Shown: in pieces, positions 8,880 through 20,300 of the stretch
Layout of the letters: every line of letters starts with the position of its first letter
How positions within the stretch are numbered: the first letter of the stretch is position 1
From: Naegleria gruberi
Lineage: Eukaryota
Assembly (NCBI GenBank): GCA_000004985.1
Contig: GG738863.1
DNA: 64,000 nucleotides
Direction: 5' to 3' (one strand)
Position numbers and translations under genes: made by a program
The notes under the pieces: model-generated
What the model was told of the DNA's origin: nothing
What the model saw: only the letters and a program-made list of their open reading frames with translations
Database searches by the model: none

Positions 8880-11511
8880 ATGTCATCTCCCAATAGTAGT
8901 AGACACCAGAGTCCTCTCTTCAGAAGAAGGAACGATCTTTCGATAAATGTCGATAATGATAATTCATTTCAAAAATCGGATGATAATTCTAACTCTTCTC
9001 AATCAAGATCGAGTAAGTATATTATTGACTTTTTAATATGGAAGGCATTATGAAATAATTTAAGGAGGAAGATATCTTTCCCCAGTTTCAAGAAATAGAG
9101 TGATACAAATGGAAAACGAGATATATGATGATGTATTTATGCAAAATAATAACTCTCTCATATATGAGAGGTTGTTCAATGCAATGGAAAAAGATAGAAC
9201 ACAAATAGTCGAGAAGGATAGGGAGAAGAAGTGGAACTCTCGATTCCATTTAGATCCAATGCCCTCATACAATGTAATGAAAGACAAACATGCCAAAATG
9301 TATACAGGTTCGACTACCTTTATTTCCCCTAATACGTCACAACAAAGAACAAGAATACAACCCTATGAACCTGCTTCTTCAGCAAAACAAGAACAACAAC
9401 CAGTCTCTGTAAGTACATCAACAAGAGAGTTATGTTATTCATACACGAACAACAAAAAGAAGAGAAAAATTAGTTCTGCCTCCTCAACCCGAAGAAGAAG
9501 TAACTCGGATAATCAAAAATCCACAATAAGTGATAATGGGAAGTCCTCATCAAAACCTCCTTTGGAACAAAAGAAATCATTGGCCGATATTGAGGCAGAA
9601 CACTTCTTTGCTAAGTCAAAATCTAGGATACAAAAACTCTGGAGTGAACTCAGAGTACCACAAGATGAAATAGATAGATTCTCTCGAATCTATCTTTCTA
9701 AATGCTCCAATGATAATATTGCCATTGTTACAGAAGAAATTAAGCGATTAACAGAACAAAGAAATCTCATTCTCTCAATTCTTAAAAATATTGAAAACAG
9801 AGAATTACTGCTGGAAACTCTGTATTCTCTCGTAGAGCGTTATGGTGACGAAAAGATATTCAGTAAGCATTTAGTTGCAAGAGAAGTCAAGAATATCGCT
9901 GCTTCATTGAGGCTTTGTACTTTGGAAATTGTAGAATCTATTGTACAGTGGAGAAATATTTTACAAGCACCAAAGCCATTTGTTTGGAGATCGAAGAATT
10001 ATTTACTCAAAATCCAAACAGATCTAGATTTCTTTTTAATGTCATCACTCATTTCACTCCTTCCAAATGTAAACCCTCTTAAAAATCCATTCCTAATGCC
10101 AGGTATTGAATTTGGAGCAACAACCAATTCTCAATCACTCGACAAGAAATCACATCCAACCTCGCCAAACAGAAAAAGACCAAAATTTGATTCTTCACCT
10201 TATCTTGCTGGAGGTAGTACTGCATTACCTCCTCTTTCAAAATTGAGACAGGCATCACCTGCTGACAATGATCCTCTCAAAGAAAGAATTTTATATGCCC
10301 AAAAAGTAGTCTTCTCTGAAGGAAAAGGAGTGAATGATTCATTTGGATCCCAAACTTGTAATTCTCCATCCAGAGATGACAAGGTTGTAATAGCCCCATA
10401 CGAAGAATTAGGTGGAAAGGAGGAAGAAGTCGGTGAAGAAAATGATTTATATGCTAGACAAATTGAGGAACAGAGATTGAAAGAGGAGAGAAAGAGACAA
10501 TTAGAAGAAGAGCAAAGAATGAAGGAGGAAAAGAAGAGACAGCAACTTGCAGAAAAGAAGAAGGAAGAAGAAAGACTGAGGAAAGAGAGGGAAACAATAG
10601 GCTTTGTTCTTATTATTCAATCTGCTTTAAGAGGAAGAAAGGCAAGACAAATTCTTGCACACGAGTATAAGGTTGAGGCTGAACGAGCAGCTGTCAAAAT
10701 CCAATCCCAAGTTAGAAAGAATATGGCCAAAAAGAAGGTTGACAATATCAAGAGAGATAAGTCAATCTTGATTATGCAAGCATGTTATAGAGGAAAGTCC
10801 GAGTTGGCAATGTTTGAATACACTAAGGAATTCTGCTCAATCATTGAGGCCTGTGTTGAAGGTATGACAGCTAGAAGAGCCTATTTTGAGGAACAAAACC
10901 ATAATGCCATCACTGAAAATATCTATGGTGAAGAGGAAGAAGAACCATCTGTTGAGGAAGTTGAGCAGGATTTGTCTCAATTTGAAAAACTTGTTGCTCT
11001 TTGTAAGGGTCATTTGAGTAGAGTTGTCTTCAGATCAGAATTGAAAGCACACAAGCAACAAGAAGCTGACAGATTGAAACAATTGAAGGAAGAAGAATTG
11101 AGACTCGAAGCAGAAAAAAGAGAAAAAGCTGCCATCAAAATTCAAAGTCAAATCAGATCCTTCTTGGCAAAGAAGAAGACTCAACAAGTTGCTGAACAAA
11201 AGAAGCAAGCCTTCATGGAAGAATTAGAACAAGAGAGAAGAGAATACGAAGCTGCCAGAGAAGAAAGAAAGAGACTGAAACAAGAAAGTGCCATTATCAC
11301 TATTCAAAAGAGTTTCAGAGGCTACTTGGGAAGAGCACAATATGCTGAATTGCTCAGAAGGTATGAAGCAGCCACAAAGATTCAATGTATGGTAAGACAA
11401 AAGTTTGCCAGAAAGAAGGCCATGTCTGTCAAACAAAGAAAACAAATGGAAATGGAAAAGTTTTTGCAAGACGAAAGAGCACAATATGAAGCTCTCCTTG
11501 CTCAATTATAA
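8880..11511 (+). CDS. IQ-motif (calmodulin-binding) protein with a charged E/K/R-rich coiled-coil region; 2 exons with an intron at about 8995-9085.
   Basis: The ATG at 8880 (MSSPNSSRHQSPLFRRR...) joins through a GTAAGT donor and a CCCCAG acceptor in frame to ORF 9100-11511. There are at least six IQ motifs: IQSALRGRKARQ, AVKIQSQVRKNMAKKK, IMQACYRGKSELAMFEY, AAIKIQSQIRSFLAKKK, ITIQKSFRGYLGRAQY and ATKIQCMVRQKFARKK. They sit within ER/K-rich helices (KEERKRQLEEEQRMKEEKKRQQLAEKKKEEERLRKERE). Confidence 0.65.
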
Positions 11512-11686
11512 ACAAATGTATTTCAATGTAATTCATTGAACACTTGAGTTGTGCGATGCGATGATAAGGTTTCTACTACTGCCGCCTTGATGAAATTATT
11601 GCTGAAAAGATTACTATCAAACTAGTTACTAAACAAAAGAATTAATATTCGTATTATTTAAATTTTAAATATGGTTTGCAAAAGAT

Positions 11687-11875
11687 TTATTCTTGCTTTT
11701 GAGCAGCTTCCTTCATAGCCTTGAGAGTACCCTTCTTAGCATACTTGGAGTTGGTCTTCCATGGTCTGTACAAACCCTTGGATGTGGCCTTTCTTTCCTT
11801 TCTTTGCTTCTTGATACCATTTCTATGGTTCTTCTTTTGTTCGTGTTGACCAGTGTGATTCTTGCTCTTTGCCAT
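11687..11875 (-). CDS. RPL29: 60S ribosomal protein L29 (eL29).
   Basis: The 62-aa product [50 protein letters not shown] is collinear with eL29 ([25 protein letters not shown]...). The + strand ORFs overlapping it (11693-12007) are antisense artefacts. Confidence 0.85.
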   Translation of the reverse strand: [62 protein letters not shown]

Positions 11876-12396
11876 CTTTTATGTTTTTTTTTCAACAAAT
11901 TTTTGATGGCGACACTATTGATATTTTACAATGAAAGTTTTCCTCTGCATCCCACACATCAAAAATATTGGCTTGCAATGGATTATTCTCGAGAACTAGC
12001 ACAGTGACTAGCAAGCTATTGAAGACTATGCAATGACAAGAATAACATACTGGAGTTTAATAATATTATAATAATATTTTGAAATTTGGAAAGATGAATA
12101 ACAAGAACATTTAATAAACAAACCTTCAAAATTAAATTGGGATATTTACATAGATCAACAATGTCCTTTAAATAAAAAAAGGAGATAATACACTTGGAAC
12201 ACCCAAGTCACCATCAAGAAATGCCACCTCACAATCTTCATCATCACACAGCTAACAGCTAACATAATAGAGGATCTTCATACCGAGATTGAATAAGCAT
12301 CACCAAAGCCCATTCTCTCGCTCGGAATCATCAAGAGAGAGCGTTGATTTGGCTTGTCCAGAATTGAGAAGAGCACCAAATTTATTAACAAAAAAA

Positions 12397-13904
12397 ATGA
12401 GTCTCGTTAAGAAGAAGCAAGAAAAGAATCAAGACACTATTCGTAAACTCTCCCTTGCTGGAGACAACAAGGAATGTATGGATTGTGTTCTCAAGAGTAC
12501 TCCATACGTTGTTTTGGATTTTGGTATCTTTGTTTGTACTTTCTGTTCAGGTATACAGTAAGTATTATTATTGTTATTGTTGTGGTGGATTGATTGTATT
12601 TTACTTTGTATTAATTAATCAAATAATTGAATTATTTTGATAATATTATTTAAATTATAATCGGTTAAATATCTAGTCGTGGTTTTAACTACAAGGCTAA
12701 GGGTATTTCAATGACTAACTTTGAAGATAAAGATGTTGAATTCTTTGAAACACACGGAAACAAAGTTGCTTCATCAATATGGAGAGCTAAGTGGGATCAA
12801 AACAAGGTTCCAAAGCCAAAATCAACTGATGAAAAGGGAATTAAGGACTTTATTCAAAAGACCTATGTTCAAAAGATGTGGTATGATGCTAGCGGAGCTG
12901 CAGCTAAACAAGAAGATATTCCAGTTAGACCAATTGAAAGTATTGGAATTACTCCATCTAAAGTAGAAGTTAGACCTGCTGGTAAGACAACTCAGCCACA
13001 ACCTCAACAAGAAGAACTGTTCTCTTTTGAATCTGTTCCAGTTTCCAAGCCACAACCAACTCAATCACAACCACAATCTGCCGGATTGGATTTCGATTTT
13101 GGTTTTACTAACACTCAACCAACAACTCAACCAACTCAAAAAGTTTCTCAAAAACATCAATCATCTGGGTTCGGTGATGATGATAACTGGGGATTCGATA
13201 ATCAACCTCAACAAACAACTCACACACAACCACAACAAAAAGCTTCAATTAATGTTGATGATTTATTTGCAGGATTTGGATCGCAACCAACCCAACAATC
13301 TCAAGGTGGATGGGGTAATCAACAATCTCAAGGCGGATGGGGACAACAATCCCAAGGAGGTGGTTTTGGAGGTCAACAATCCCAAGGAGGATGGGGACAA
13401 CAACCACAAAATCAAGGTGGATTTGGAGGTCAACATCAAGGTTGGGGACAATCTCACCAAGGAGGTTTCGGTGGTCAACAAGGCGGATTTGGAGGCCAAC
13501 AATCTCAAGGCGGATTTGGACAACAATCCCAAGGTGGTTTTGGAGGTCAACAATCTCAAGGTGGATTCGGTCAACAAGGAGGTTTTGGACAACAAACTCA
13601 AGGATGGGGCCAACAAGGTGGTCAACAAGGAGGATGGGGTCAACCACAATCACACCAACAACCTCAACAAAATCAAGGATGGGGTCAACAACAAACCCAA
13701 GGTGGATTTGGAGGTCAACCACAAGGTGGTCAACAAGGAGGATGGGGTCAACCACAACCAGCCAGAAACTTACAAACTTCACCACCTCCAGTTAAAGATC
13801 CTTTCAGTAATTTGACTGGAGCTTTTGGTTCATCAACTACTACTTCCAAGCCACCATCTAATCAAGGAGGTTTTGGTGCAGGCAACAATCCTTTCGATTT
13901 TTAA
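12397..13904 (+). CDS. ArfGAP-domain protein with a C-terminal FG/GGWGQQ repeat region (AGFG/Hrb-like architecture); 2 exons with an intron at about 12558-12676.
   Basis: Exon 1 encodes MSLVKKKQEKNQDTIRKLSLAGDNKECMDCVLKSTPYVVLDFGIFVCTFCSGI, the CxxC...CxxC ArfGAP zinc finger. The donor CA|GTAAGT and acceptor ATCTAG|T regenerate an His codon, giving CSGIH-RGFNYKAKGISMTNFEDKDVEFFETHGNKVASSIWRAKW, which matches the ArfGAP CSGIHR...S.V.S...D.W consensus. The C-terminus carries about 20 degenerate QSQGG(F/W)G(G/Q)QQ repeats. ORF-track coordinates differ from my manual count by 1 nt in places, so junctions are given to +/-3 nt. Confidence 0.75.
13255..13760 (+). repeat. Low-complexity coding repeat (QSQGG[FW]GGQQ units, about 30-nt period) in the ArfGAP gene.
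   Basis: Reiterated caatctcaaggtggatt(t/c)gg(a/t)ggtcaacaa units. This creates three overlapping spurious ORFs on other frames and strands (13027-13815, 13249-13785, 13263-13649, 13337-13795). Confidence 0.8.
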
Positions 13905-13963
13905 ATAAATAATGTAATTTATCAGTTAATCATGTCCTGTCATCCATCACCAATTAAAAAAAA

Positions 13964-15403
13964 ATGTTAAAAAACATATTTCTGAAAATTTATGCTCAAA
14001 AGGTTGAACAACCGAAACAAAATCAATTATTAAAATTAGTTAATAACCCCAAGACTAAAGATGAATTAAATAGTGCCTGCACTGCCATGTATACAATCAT
14101 GACCTCGGAACAAGGATATACAGCCTTCTTTGAATTTATTCAAAATTATATCAAGAATACAATTTCTCTAAATTCACCTCGTTCTCCAACATCATCCGAT
14201 ACTGATTCCAATTCCAATTCTAATAGTGGAAGAGTTTCACATAGAACGGCAACTTCTGCATTTCCAATCGTTAGAAAGAGATTTCAACAATTGTCCATCT
14301 CTGAATACACATTTATGGCCATGATGAATGATTTGAAACCTAATAGCAATCCTTTTAAATTTAATAATAATAATAATAGCAGCAATAGCAGTAACAATAC
14401 CTTTAATAATAATGGCAATGGTAATGGAAATGGTTTATCTAATAATAATTCATTGACAGTTTCTAATTCTCCTAATGATCATGGAGGAAATGGTAGAATT
14501 CCTTCAACTTCAACTGTCGATTCAGAATTTATTGAAAATGATGATGATTATTATCAAATATCATTTGATGAATATCAATTATTAGATTTATTCGATATTT
14601 TAGATGTTAAAGGAAAGGGAACTATTTCAATAGAAAGTGTTTACATGTTTTTATGCTTGTTTGTTTGTAGGGAAGGAAAATTGCTTACAAAATTCCTGTA
14701 CCAATTTGGAGAATTTGTCTATGATACTTTCTGCTCAATTGTAACTGTAAATGAAATGGAAACTAATCCATACTTGTCATCAACTCCTGGTAGATCAAGA
14801 AGTGGCTCACTTTCAATGTGGAGTAGTAATAGTCCAAATAATGTTCAAACCAAAAACTCAACTGGTGTTACTAATATTGTAAATAATATTTCTCAGAAAT
14901 TTCATCAGTCAATCACTCCAGTTTCCTCACGTTCTACTAATTCAAGTCCTCAACATGTTGCTCAAGCTCCTCCATTAGTGGTTGAAAAGAGTTCAGAAGA
15001 GATTGATCAAGCTCAAGATGTTCAAGAAGAATCGAGTGATGAATTGGATTATTATGAGTCGTTTGATGAGTGGACTCAACACGAAGATATTGATTTGGAT
15101 TATTATTCAAAGAAGAGATCTGACTTTTTGAAATTGGCAATGCTTATTGGTTTTGATGACATGACAATTGTCAATCATGTTAATGAGCTTCAAAATTTGA
15201 TTTTAAAGAATAGAGCACAAAAAACCAAGCAACAAAACATTACACTCAAGAGAGAAGATTTCATGTTTATTTACTATTCAGTTTTCAAGGAGTTTGATAA
15301 TCCTAATACAAGAAGTTCAAGTTCTAGTGCTTCCTCAGGAGGAGTTATCAAAAGAAAGAAGAGAAAAAACAAAGCTCTACAACAATCTTCAGAGAGAAGA
15401 TAA
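13964..15403 (+). CDS. Hypothetical N/S-rich low-complexity protein.
   Basis: The 479-aa ORF has long N/S/G runs (NNNNNSSNSSNNTFNNNGNGNGNGLSNNNS). I recognise no domain. Its stop lies 1 nt from the stop of the convergent PIG-L gene. Confidence 0.45.
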   Translation: MLKNIFLKIYAQKVEQPKQNQLLKLVNNPKTKDELNSACTAMYTIMTSEQGYTAFFEFIQNYIKNTISLNSPRSPTSSDTDSNSNSNSGRVSHRTATSAFPIVRKRFQQLSISEYTFMAMMNDLKPNSNPFKFNNNNNSSNSSNNTFNNNGNGNGNGLSNNNSLTVSNSPNDHGGNGRIPSTSTVDSEFIENDDDYYQISFDEYQLLDLFDILDVKGKGTISIESVYMFLCLFVCREGKLLTKFLYQFGEFVYDTFCSIVTVNEMETNPYLSSTPGRSRSGSLSMWSSNSPNNVQTKNSTGVTNIVNNISQKFHQSITPVSSRSTNSSPQHVAQAPPLVVEKSSEEIDQAQDVQEESSDELDYYESFDEWTQHEDIDLDYYSKKRSDFLKLAMLIGFDDMTIVNHVNELQNLILKNRAQKTKQQNITLKREDFMFIYYSVFKEFDNPNTRSSSSSASSGGVIKRKKRKNKALQQSSERR

Positions 15404-15404
15404 T

Positions 15405-16427
15405 TTACAATTTTGTCAATGTATTCACAAAAGTATATCTGGAAAAGAGAACAAACAATTTTCTAAACCAAACAAATTGACTTTCGTGGGAGCTCATTGC
15501 TTTCCATGCAATAAATGGGTTTGGAGTAAAAATTGTAACATTTTCGTCACTGTTAAAGTGTAAACTAATAGCAAATTCAATAATTCCCAAATATTTGCGA
15601 AGTAAATTAACTGATTCCAATGTAAATATATCAATTGAGGTTTGTTCTCTTTTACATCTATCTGAAAAGTATGAAACTCCTCTGAATACGTCAATATGAT
15701 TTGGATGGCTTGAAATTCCATCCTTGTCAAATGTTAACAAAGTTGTAATTCCATTCTGTTCTACAAATTTGGCAACAAAATTAGAAATCAATTCATCGCT
15801 CCACTTATTATTCATTCCATCCAATAATTGATCATTGTCAACTATCACTAAAGAACCACTCAAATCATCTTGTAATTCCTTAACAACTTTTGCATTATTA
15901 CAATTCAATCCCATTGAAGAACAACTCAATTCCAATTCCTTAACTCTCTTTTCTCCCAATCCATCAAAATTTCCATTCGACAAGCACAAAATGCTCACAG
16001 ATACTTGTTGCTCAACCAATGAAAGTAACATTGGAGAAAAGAACATGGCTTCATCATCTGGATGTGCAATCACCAAAGCCACTTTCTTTCTATTATTTGA
16101 AGTTTCATTTGTTTGTTGTTGAGTTTGATTCAGAAATTTGGAAAGAATTGTTTCCTTTGAATATTTCCTCTTCATTAAATATAAAATGTAAATGAATATT
16201 CCAACATTGAACACAACTAGAAGAGCCTTTACCAAAGCAAGAATATTATTCAAATCCGAGTATTCAAATAGACTATCATTTTGACGGTAATATTGTTGTT
16301 CTTTTGAAACTTTTTTAAATTGTTTATATAAATCTTGTACTTGTCTATTTACACGTTGTGATGATTCATCACGAACAACATTGAATCGACTATCAACTAC
16401 ACCTTGCTGCTGCTGATTATTATTCAT
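15405..16427 (-). CDS. PIGL: N-acetylglucosaminyl-phosphatidylinositol de-N-acetylase (PIG-L/GPI12 family).
   Basis: The 340-aa product has an N-terminal transmembrane anchor (ILALVKALLVVFNVGIFIYILYLM). It then carries the LmbE/PIG-L signature VALVIAHPDDEAMFFSPMLL...ILCLSNGNFDGLGEKRVKEL, with the HPDDE metal-binding motif. The C-terminal HESQFVWFRKLFVLFSRYTFVNTL is typical of PIG-L proteins. Confidence 0.8.
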   Translation of the reverse strand: MNNNQQQQGVVDSRFNVVRDESSQRVNRQVQDLYKQFKKVSKEQQYYRQNDSLFEYSDLNNILALVKALLVVFNVGIFIYILYLMKRKYSKETILSKFLNQTQQQTNETSNNRKKVALVIAHPDDEAMFFSPMLLSLVEQQVSVSILCLSNGNFDGLGEKRVKELELSCSSMGLNCNNAKVVKELQDDLSGSLVIVDNDQLLDGMNNKWSDELISNFVAKFVEQNGITTLLTFDKDGISSHPNHIDVFRGVSYFSDRCKREQTSIDIFTLESVNLLRKYLGIIEFAISLHFNSDENVTIFTPNPFIAWKAMSSHESQFVWFRKLFVLFSRYTFVNTLTKL

Positions 16428-16514
16428 CTTTAATAAATTAAATAAATTATTAATAATATATTGAGAGTTTCAATTTGATTCCCTCGCTTTTAAAAACTGT
16501 GATTGGGAATTTGC

Positions 16515-16925
16515 TTATTTTTTCTCTTCGTTTGTTGTTGTAGGTTCATTGGTGGTAGTTGTTGTTGTAGATGTGGAAGAAGCATTGTTTTGGTCATTCT
16601 CTTGATTTCCTGTCAAGGCAGAGGAGACTTGATTGTAAGTATCACCAACGAGTGAAGTTACATTACTAGAAAACCATGAATAGGCACTAGTTAAAGTAGT
16701 AGCAGTGGTTTGGGCAGTTTCTTGGAGTTTTTGTTTGGCTTCTTCCGATGTAATGTAGTGATAGACTTCTTCAGTCTTTTCAGCAGCAACACTGTAGGCA
16801 TCTTTTACACCTGTAAGTACAACTGTAGATCCTTCAATGGTCTTATTCTTGACAATATTAACAATTTCTTCGACCTTTTCGAGATTTAAATCTTGATTGT
16901 TATTCTTATCGTCGTTGTTGCTCAT
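16515..16925 (-). CDS. Hypothetical small S/T-rich protein (136 aa).
   Basis: Complete ORF with a T-rich low-complexity C-terminus (STSTTTTTTNEPTTTNEEKK). I do not recognise a family. Confidence 0.35.
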   Translation of the reverse strand: MSNNDDKNNNQDLNLEKVEEIVNIVKNKTIEGSTVVLTGVKDAYSVAAEKTEEVYHYITSEEAKQKLQETAQTTATTLTSAYSWFSSNVTSLVGDTYNQVSSALTGNQENDQNNASSTSTTTTTTNEPTTTNEEKK

Positions 16926-17105
16926 TTTATTTGATTGGAAGAATTAATTGTAACGAAAGATGAAATTAGAATGTTGGGATGGACTCAATTGAGATTGTTA
17001 AGTAGATGACGATTAGTGATGATTGAACACCTAATTTCAAGTTTTAAATAAATTGAAAATTACTAATTTTAGTGTTAGAAGTAACCTATGAAATGAGATT
17101 CAATT

Positions 17106-18044
17106 TTATCGAAATACTTGAATTCTCTTATTGTGCGTATCTGCAACAAATAATTCTCCTCTCGATTCACTAATACATAGGCCAGTAGGGAATTTAAAGT
17201 GACTCTTTCCAGTCGATCCAATCTCTCCAAATGATTGAATAAAAGAACCAAAGTTATCAAATACGTGAATTCTTGAATTTGATTGATCACAAATATAAAT
17301 GTATCCACTTAATTTCTCAACAAAAACTCCTCTTGGATATTGGAACTCGTGTAAACCCACACCTTTCTTTCCAAACGAAAAGTAAATTTGTTTTTTCTCC
17401 AAAACTTTTGAAATTACTGAAATGGTATGAGTTGCAAGACTTGTTACAATCAAATCTCCATCTGTATTGATTTCCAATCCAAATGGAAATTTACAAGCCC
17501 CAAATGATGAAATCAATTTACCATCTTGTTTTGATAGGCACTTAATCTCATTATTCGAACAATCGGATACATATAACCTTCCATCAATTGAATTATCTGC
17601 AACAATTCCACTTGGATGCCTCAAATTCTGAGATGTTTCCCATATGATTTTTTTCTGTTCAATGTCATATTTTCCAACTTGATTATTCATATTTGAAAAG
17701 TAAATGTATTTCTGATCAGAGGAGTCAATCGAAATCATTAATGGAGAGGTAATTCCAGTAAATGATTGTATAAACTTTTTGGTTTTCAAATCAAATACCA
17801 TTATTCTATTACTTCCAGAATCTGAAACAAAAATCAATGAAAGCATATCTGAAACCTTTACATCAGAAGGCTGTATAAATTCAATATTTTCTCTTCCCTC
17901 TCCAATAATATTAATGCATCGGAATGATAGACTGAATTTCATTCTAGAGTATAGAAGTTTTCCTCTCAAGAATTCTAATCCTTTACGAAATCGGTGATCT
18001 TGTAAATCAAGGCTCGTTCCATTATCCAATATCAGTTTGACCAT
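17106..18044 (-). CDS. NHL-repeat beta-propeller protein.
   Basis: The 312-aa product carries repeated NHL-type units: SNRIMVFDLKTKKFIQSFG, GRLYVSDCSNNEIKCLSKQDGKLISSFG, GDLIVTSLATHTISVI, GYIYICDQSNSRIHVFDNFGSFIQSFG and GELFVADTHNKRIQVF. Confidence 0.7.
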   Translation of the reverse strand: MVKLILDNGTSLDLQDHRFRKGLEFLRGKLLYSRMKFSLSFRCINIIGEGRENIEFIQPSDVKVSDMLSLIFVSDSGSNRIMVFDLKTKKFIQSFTGITSPLMISIDSSDQKYIYFSNMNNQVGKYDIEQKKIIWETSQNLRHPSGIVADNSIDGRLYVSDCSNNEIKCLSKQDGKLISSFGACKFPFGLEINTDGDLIVTSLATHTISVISKVLEKKQIYFSFGKKGVGLHEFQYPRGVFVEKLSGYIYICDQSNSRIHVFDNFGSFIQSFGEIGSTGKSHFKFPTGLCISESRGELFVADTHNKRIQVFR

Positions 18045-18271
18045 TTGAAATTAATTGTGTGTCTATGAGATGTTCTTCTATTTTTTAATCGTTTTGCTTC
18101 TTTCATCTTCTCTCATGTTTTTTAAAAAATGAAATATTGTATTTAATAAATTAAATAGTATTAGTGTTATTATTTGATCATTGATGATGACCAATAATAA
18201 TACTTTGGCAATAAAACTAATTAGTAGAATAATAATACTAGTAATAATAAATATTAAAGCTAAGAAAAAAA

Positions 18272-18560
18272 ATGACTCAATTTTTCGATAGAAAGAAACT
18301 CATCCGTCCAGGAAGATTTGATTTGGATACTTTTAAATCAAAGATTGGTCTTGCCATTTCAGTTTTCGGATTGTTATACGGAGCCAATATGGCCTTTGGT
18401 GGTTTCCTTAAACCAACCTATGAAAAGTGGGCTAAACCATCAACAGAAAAATATATTAATTGTACGTAATAATAATAATAATAATTTATTAATCATCATC
18501 ATCGCAAATAGTCATGAAGGACGAAGTTTCAGGAAAGCACTAAATTCAACAATCTAAACA
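18272..18560 (+). CDS. Hypothetical small single-pass membrane protein, about 75-80 aa; possibly 2 exons with a GTACGT...AAATAG intron at about 18467-18513.
   Basis: The ORF MTQFFDRKKLIRPGRFDLDTFKSKIGLAISVFGLLYGANMAFGGFLKPTYEKWAKPSTEKYIN has one hydrophobic helix containing G-x-x-x-G-like motifs. That is reminiscent of small mitochondrial or ER membrane subunits, but I cannot assign a family. Confidence 0.3.
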
Positions 18561-18746
18561 AAATTAATTTATATAAAATTGGAATTTTTCTTTAACGTTC
18601 TACCACTATAGTATTAACACCATCAAAATATTCAATTAAACACAACAATATCGGAATAATAGAAAAGTTTCTAATTCCTCTCCTCTTTGGTTATTATTGT
18701 TATTCCATCTTTTAAACAATAACCAAATATATAAATATATTAAAAA

Positions 18747-20225
18747 ATGAATCAGAAGACACTCTACAAGACAATTGGTATTTCTCTGCTTGTGTTTCAG
18801 GTAGTGATGGTTGTTTACATGTTATTTAATAGGAAGAGGTCATCGTTTGCTACCTCTCATAAATTGTTTGTTCCACACTACTTTAACGAAACTTTGAGTT
18901 ATGCTGATAAAGGTTTGGCTCCACCAAAGGAAGCCTTTGAAAAGATGTTGTATCTTTATCAACAATATCATCAATCTGTGTTGGATTCGTATGTCTTTTC
19001 GGGAAGGAATTGTTTTTCGAATGGAGTCATTCAAGGACATGAAAAATCACCACAATTTGTTGTATTCAAGGCTCATATGTATAGTGGATATGGTAATATT
19101 ATTATGGGACTCTTTTCGACTTTGTTATATGCCTTGTTGAGTAATAGAGTTTTCTTGGTAAATTGGAATGGAGGAGAAGTTGGTTGTCATGCTTCTCTTT
19201 CTCAATTATTGAAGGATCCTGTTCTTAAATCTCATTCTTTAATGTGGAATTATGCTGATGTTAAAAGTAAATCTATTGAAAATGGTTGTCCAAGAGAAAG
19301 ATGGGAGTCAATTGAGAGAAATTGGCTTCATATGGAAAGTACTGTTTATCATGACAGATCTAAATTATCGTATAGATATTTCAAATGTAGCAAAGGATTT
19401 GCTCAAATTCTTCCAACATATTTAAGCAAGGAAAATGAGAAATTCAATCAAATTAATTCTAAAGATTTTATTGAAATGGAAGCAGCTCAATACTTTGCCC
19501 CATCTTTGTATGCTGACAATGATGTGTACTATCAATTATTTTCAAAATTTGAGAAAAAGAATATGGATTGGGAATTAGTTCCTCAACTTTATAGGATTAA
19601 TATTTTCGAAAAATTAGCACCTTTCTTATTCAAACCTATTGATACCATTCAAAACAAAATTGATGAATATGAAAAGGAATTATTTGGAGAAAAATTGGCT
19701 AATCCTGATAGTACTTTTATTTTGGGAGTTCAAATCAGAAAGAATTTACAGGAAAATCTTTTCCACAATACTCCAGTGAGTATTTACTGGGACTGTGCAA
19801 AGCAAAGAATATCAGCCCTTGACACGAAAAAGTATAAGAAGGTCATTATCTTCCTTACAAGTGATTATGTTCCTGCATATGATGAAGCCAAACATGTATT
19901 TAGTGAAATGAAAATTAAGGGAATTGAAATATCACTTGTTCACATGCCTCAAAACGTTCCAAAATCTAGATCTGTAGAATCTGTTCAAACTGCCTTGGTT
20001 GACTTGTATGTCATGATGAAAGCAGATGATTTAATTATGAGTGAAAAATCTACATGTAAGTTTATTGAAATATTTGACAATATTTACAAACTGGTTTGTT
20101 AATCATTGCAAGTTGGTCATATTATTCACGCAACAGTAGGTATTGCTCCACTTTTTGTCAGAAAGGAAGGAAAATATGAAAAGATTCCAAAATGTGTTAG
20201 AGCTCAAAATAGTGAACCTTGGTAA
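18747..20225 (+). CDS. Type-II membrane glycosyltransferase, alpha-1,2-fucosyltransferase-like (GT11-like); 2 exons with an intron at about 20068-20150.
   Basis: An N-terminal signal anchor (ISLLVFQVVMVVYMLF) is followed by FVVFKAHMYSGYGNIIMGLFSTLLYALLSNRVFLVNW, which matches the G.GN....L.....A....R.L..W motif of FUT1/2-type transferases. The C-terminal exon, reached through the donor ACAT|GTAAGT and acceptor ...TTGCAAG, reads ...DLIMSEKSTFGHIIHATVGIAPLFV, matching the FUT TFGFWAAYLAGG region. Confidence 0.5.
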
Positions 20226-20300
20226 GTTATTTTTCGATATCAATATGTATTTATTAGATAATAGGTTCCATTTAAGATTTAGAAATCAACTCGAAAATTG

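Noticed and set aside
11693-12007. The + strand ORF 11693-12007 (104 aa) and the - strand ORF 11713-11898 overlapping RPL29.
   Set aside because: The RPL29 frame (11687-11875, -) matches eL29 almost residue for residue. The others are frame-shifted shadows.
13027-13815. Four long overlapping ORFs (13027-13815 +, 13249-13785 -, 13263-13649 -, 13337-13795 +) in other frames and strands of the ArfGAP repeat region.
   Set aside because: They are produced by the 30-nt GGWGQQ coding repeat. Only the frame continuous with the ArfGAP domain has a start, a splice junction and sensible composition.
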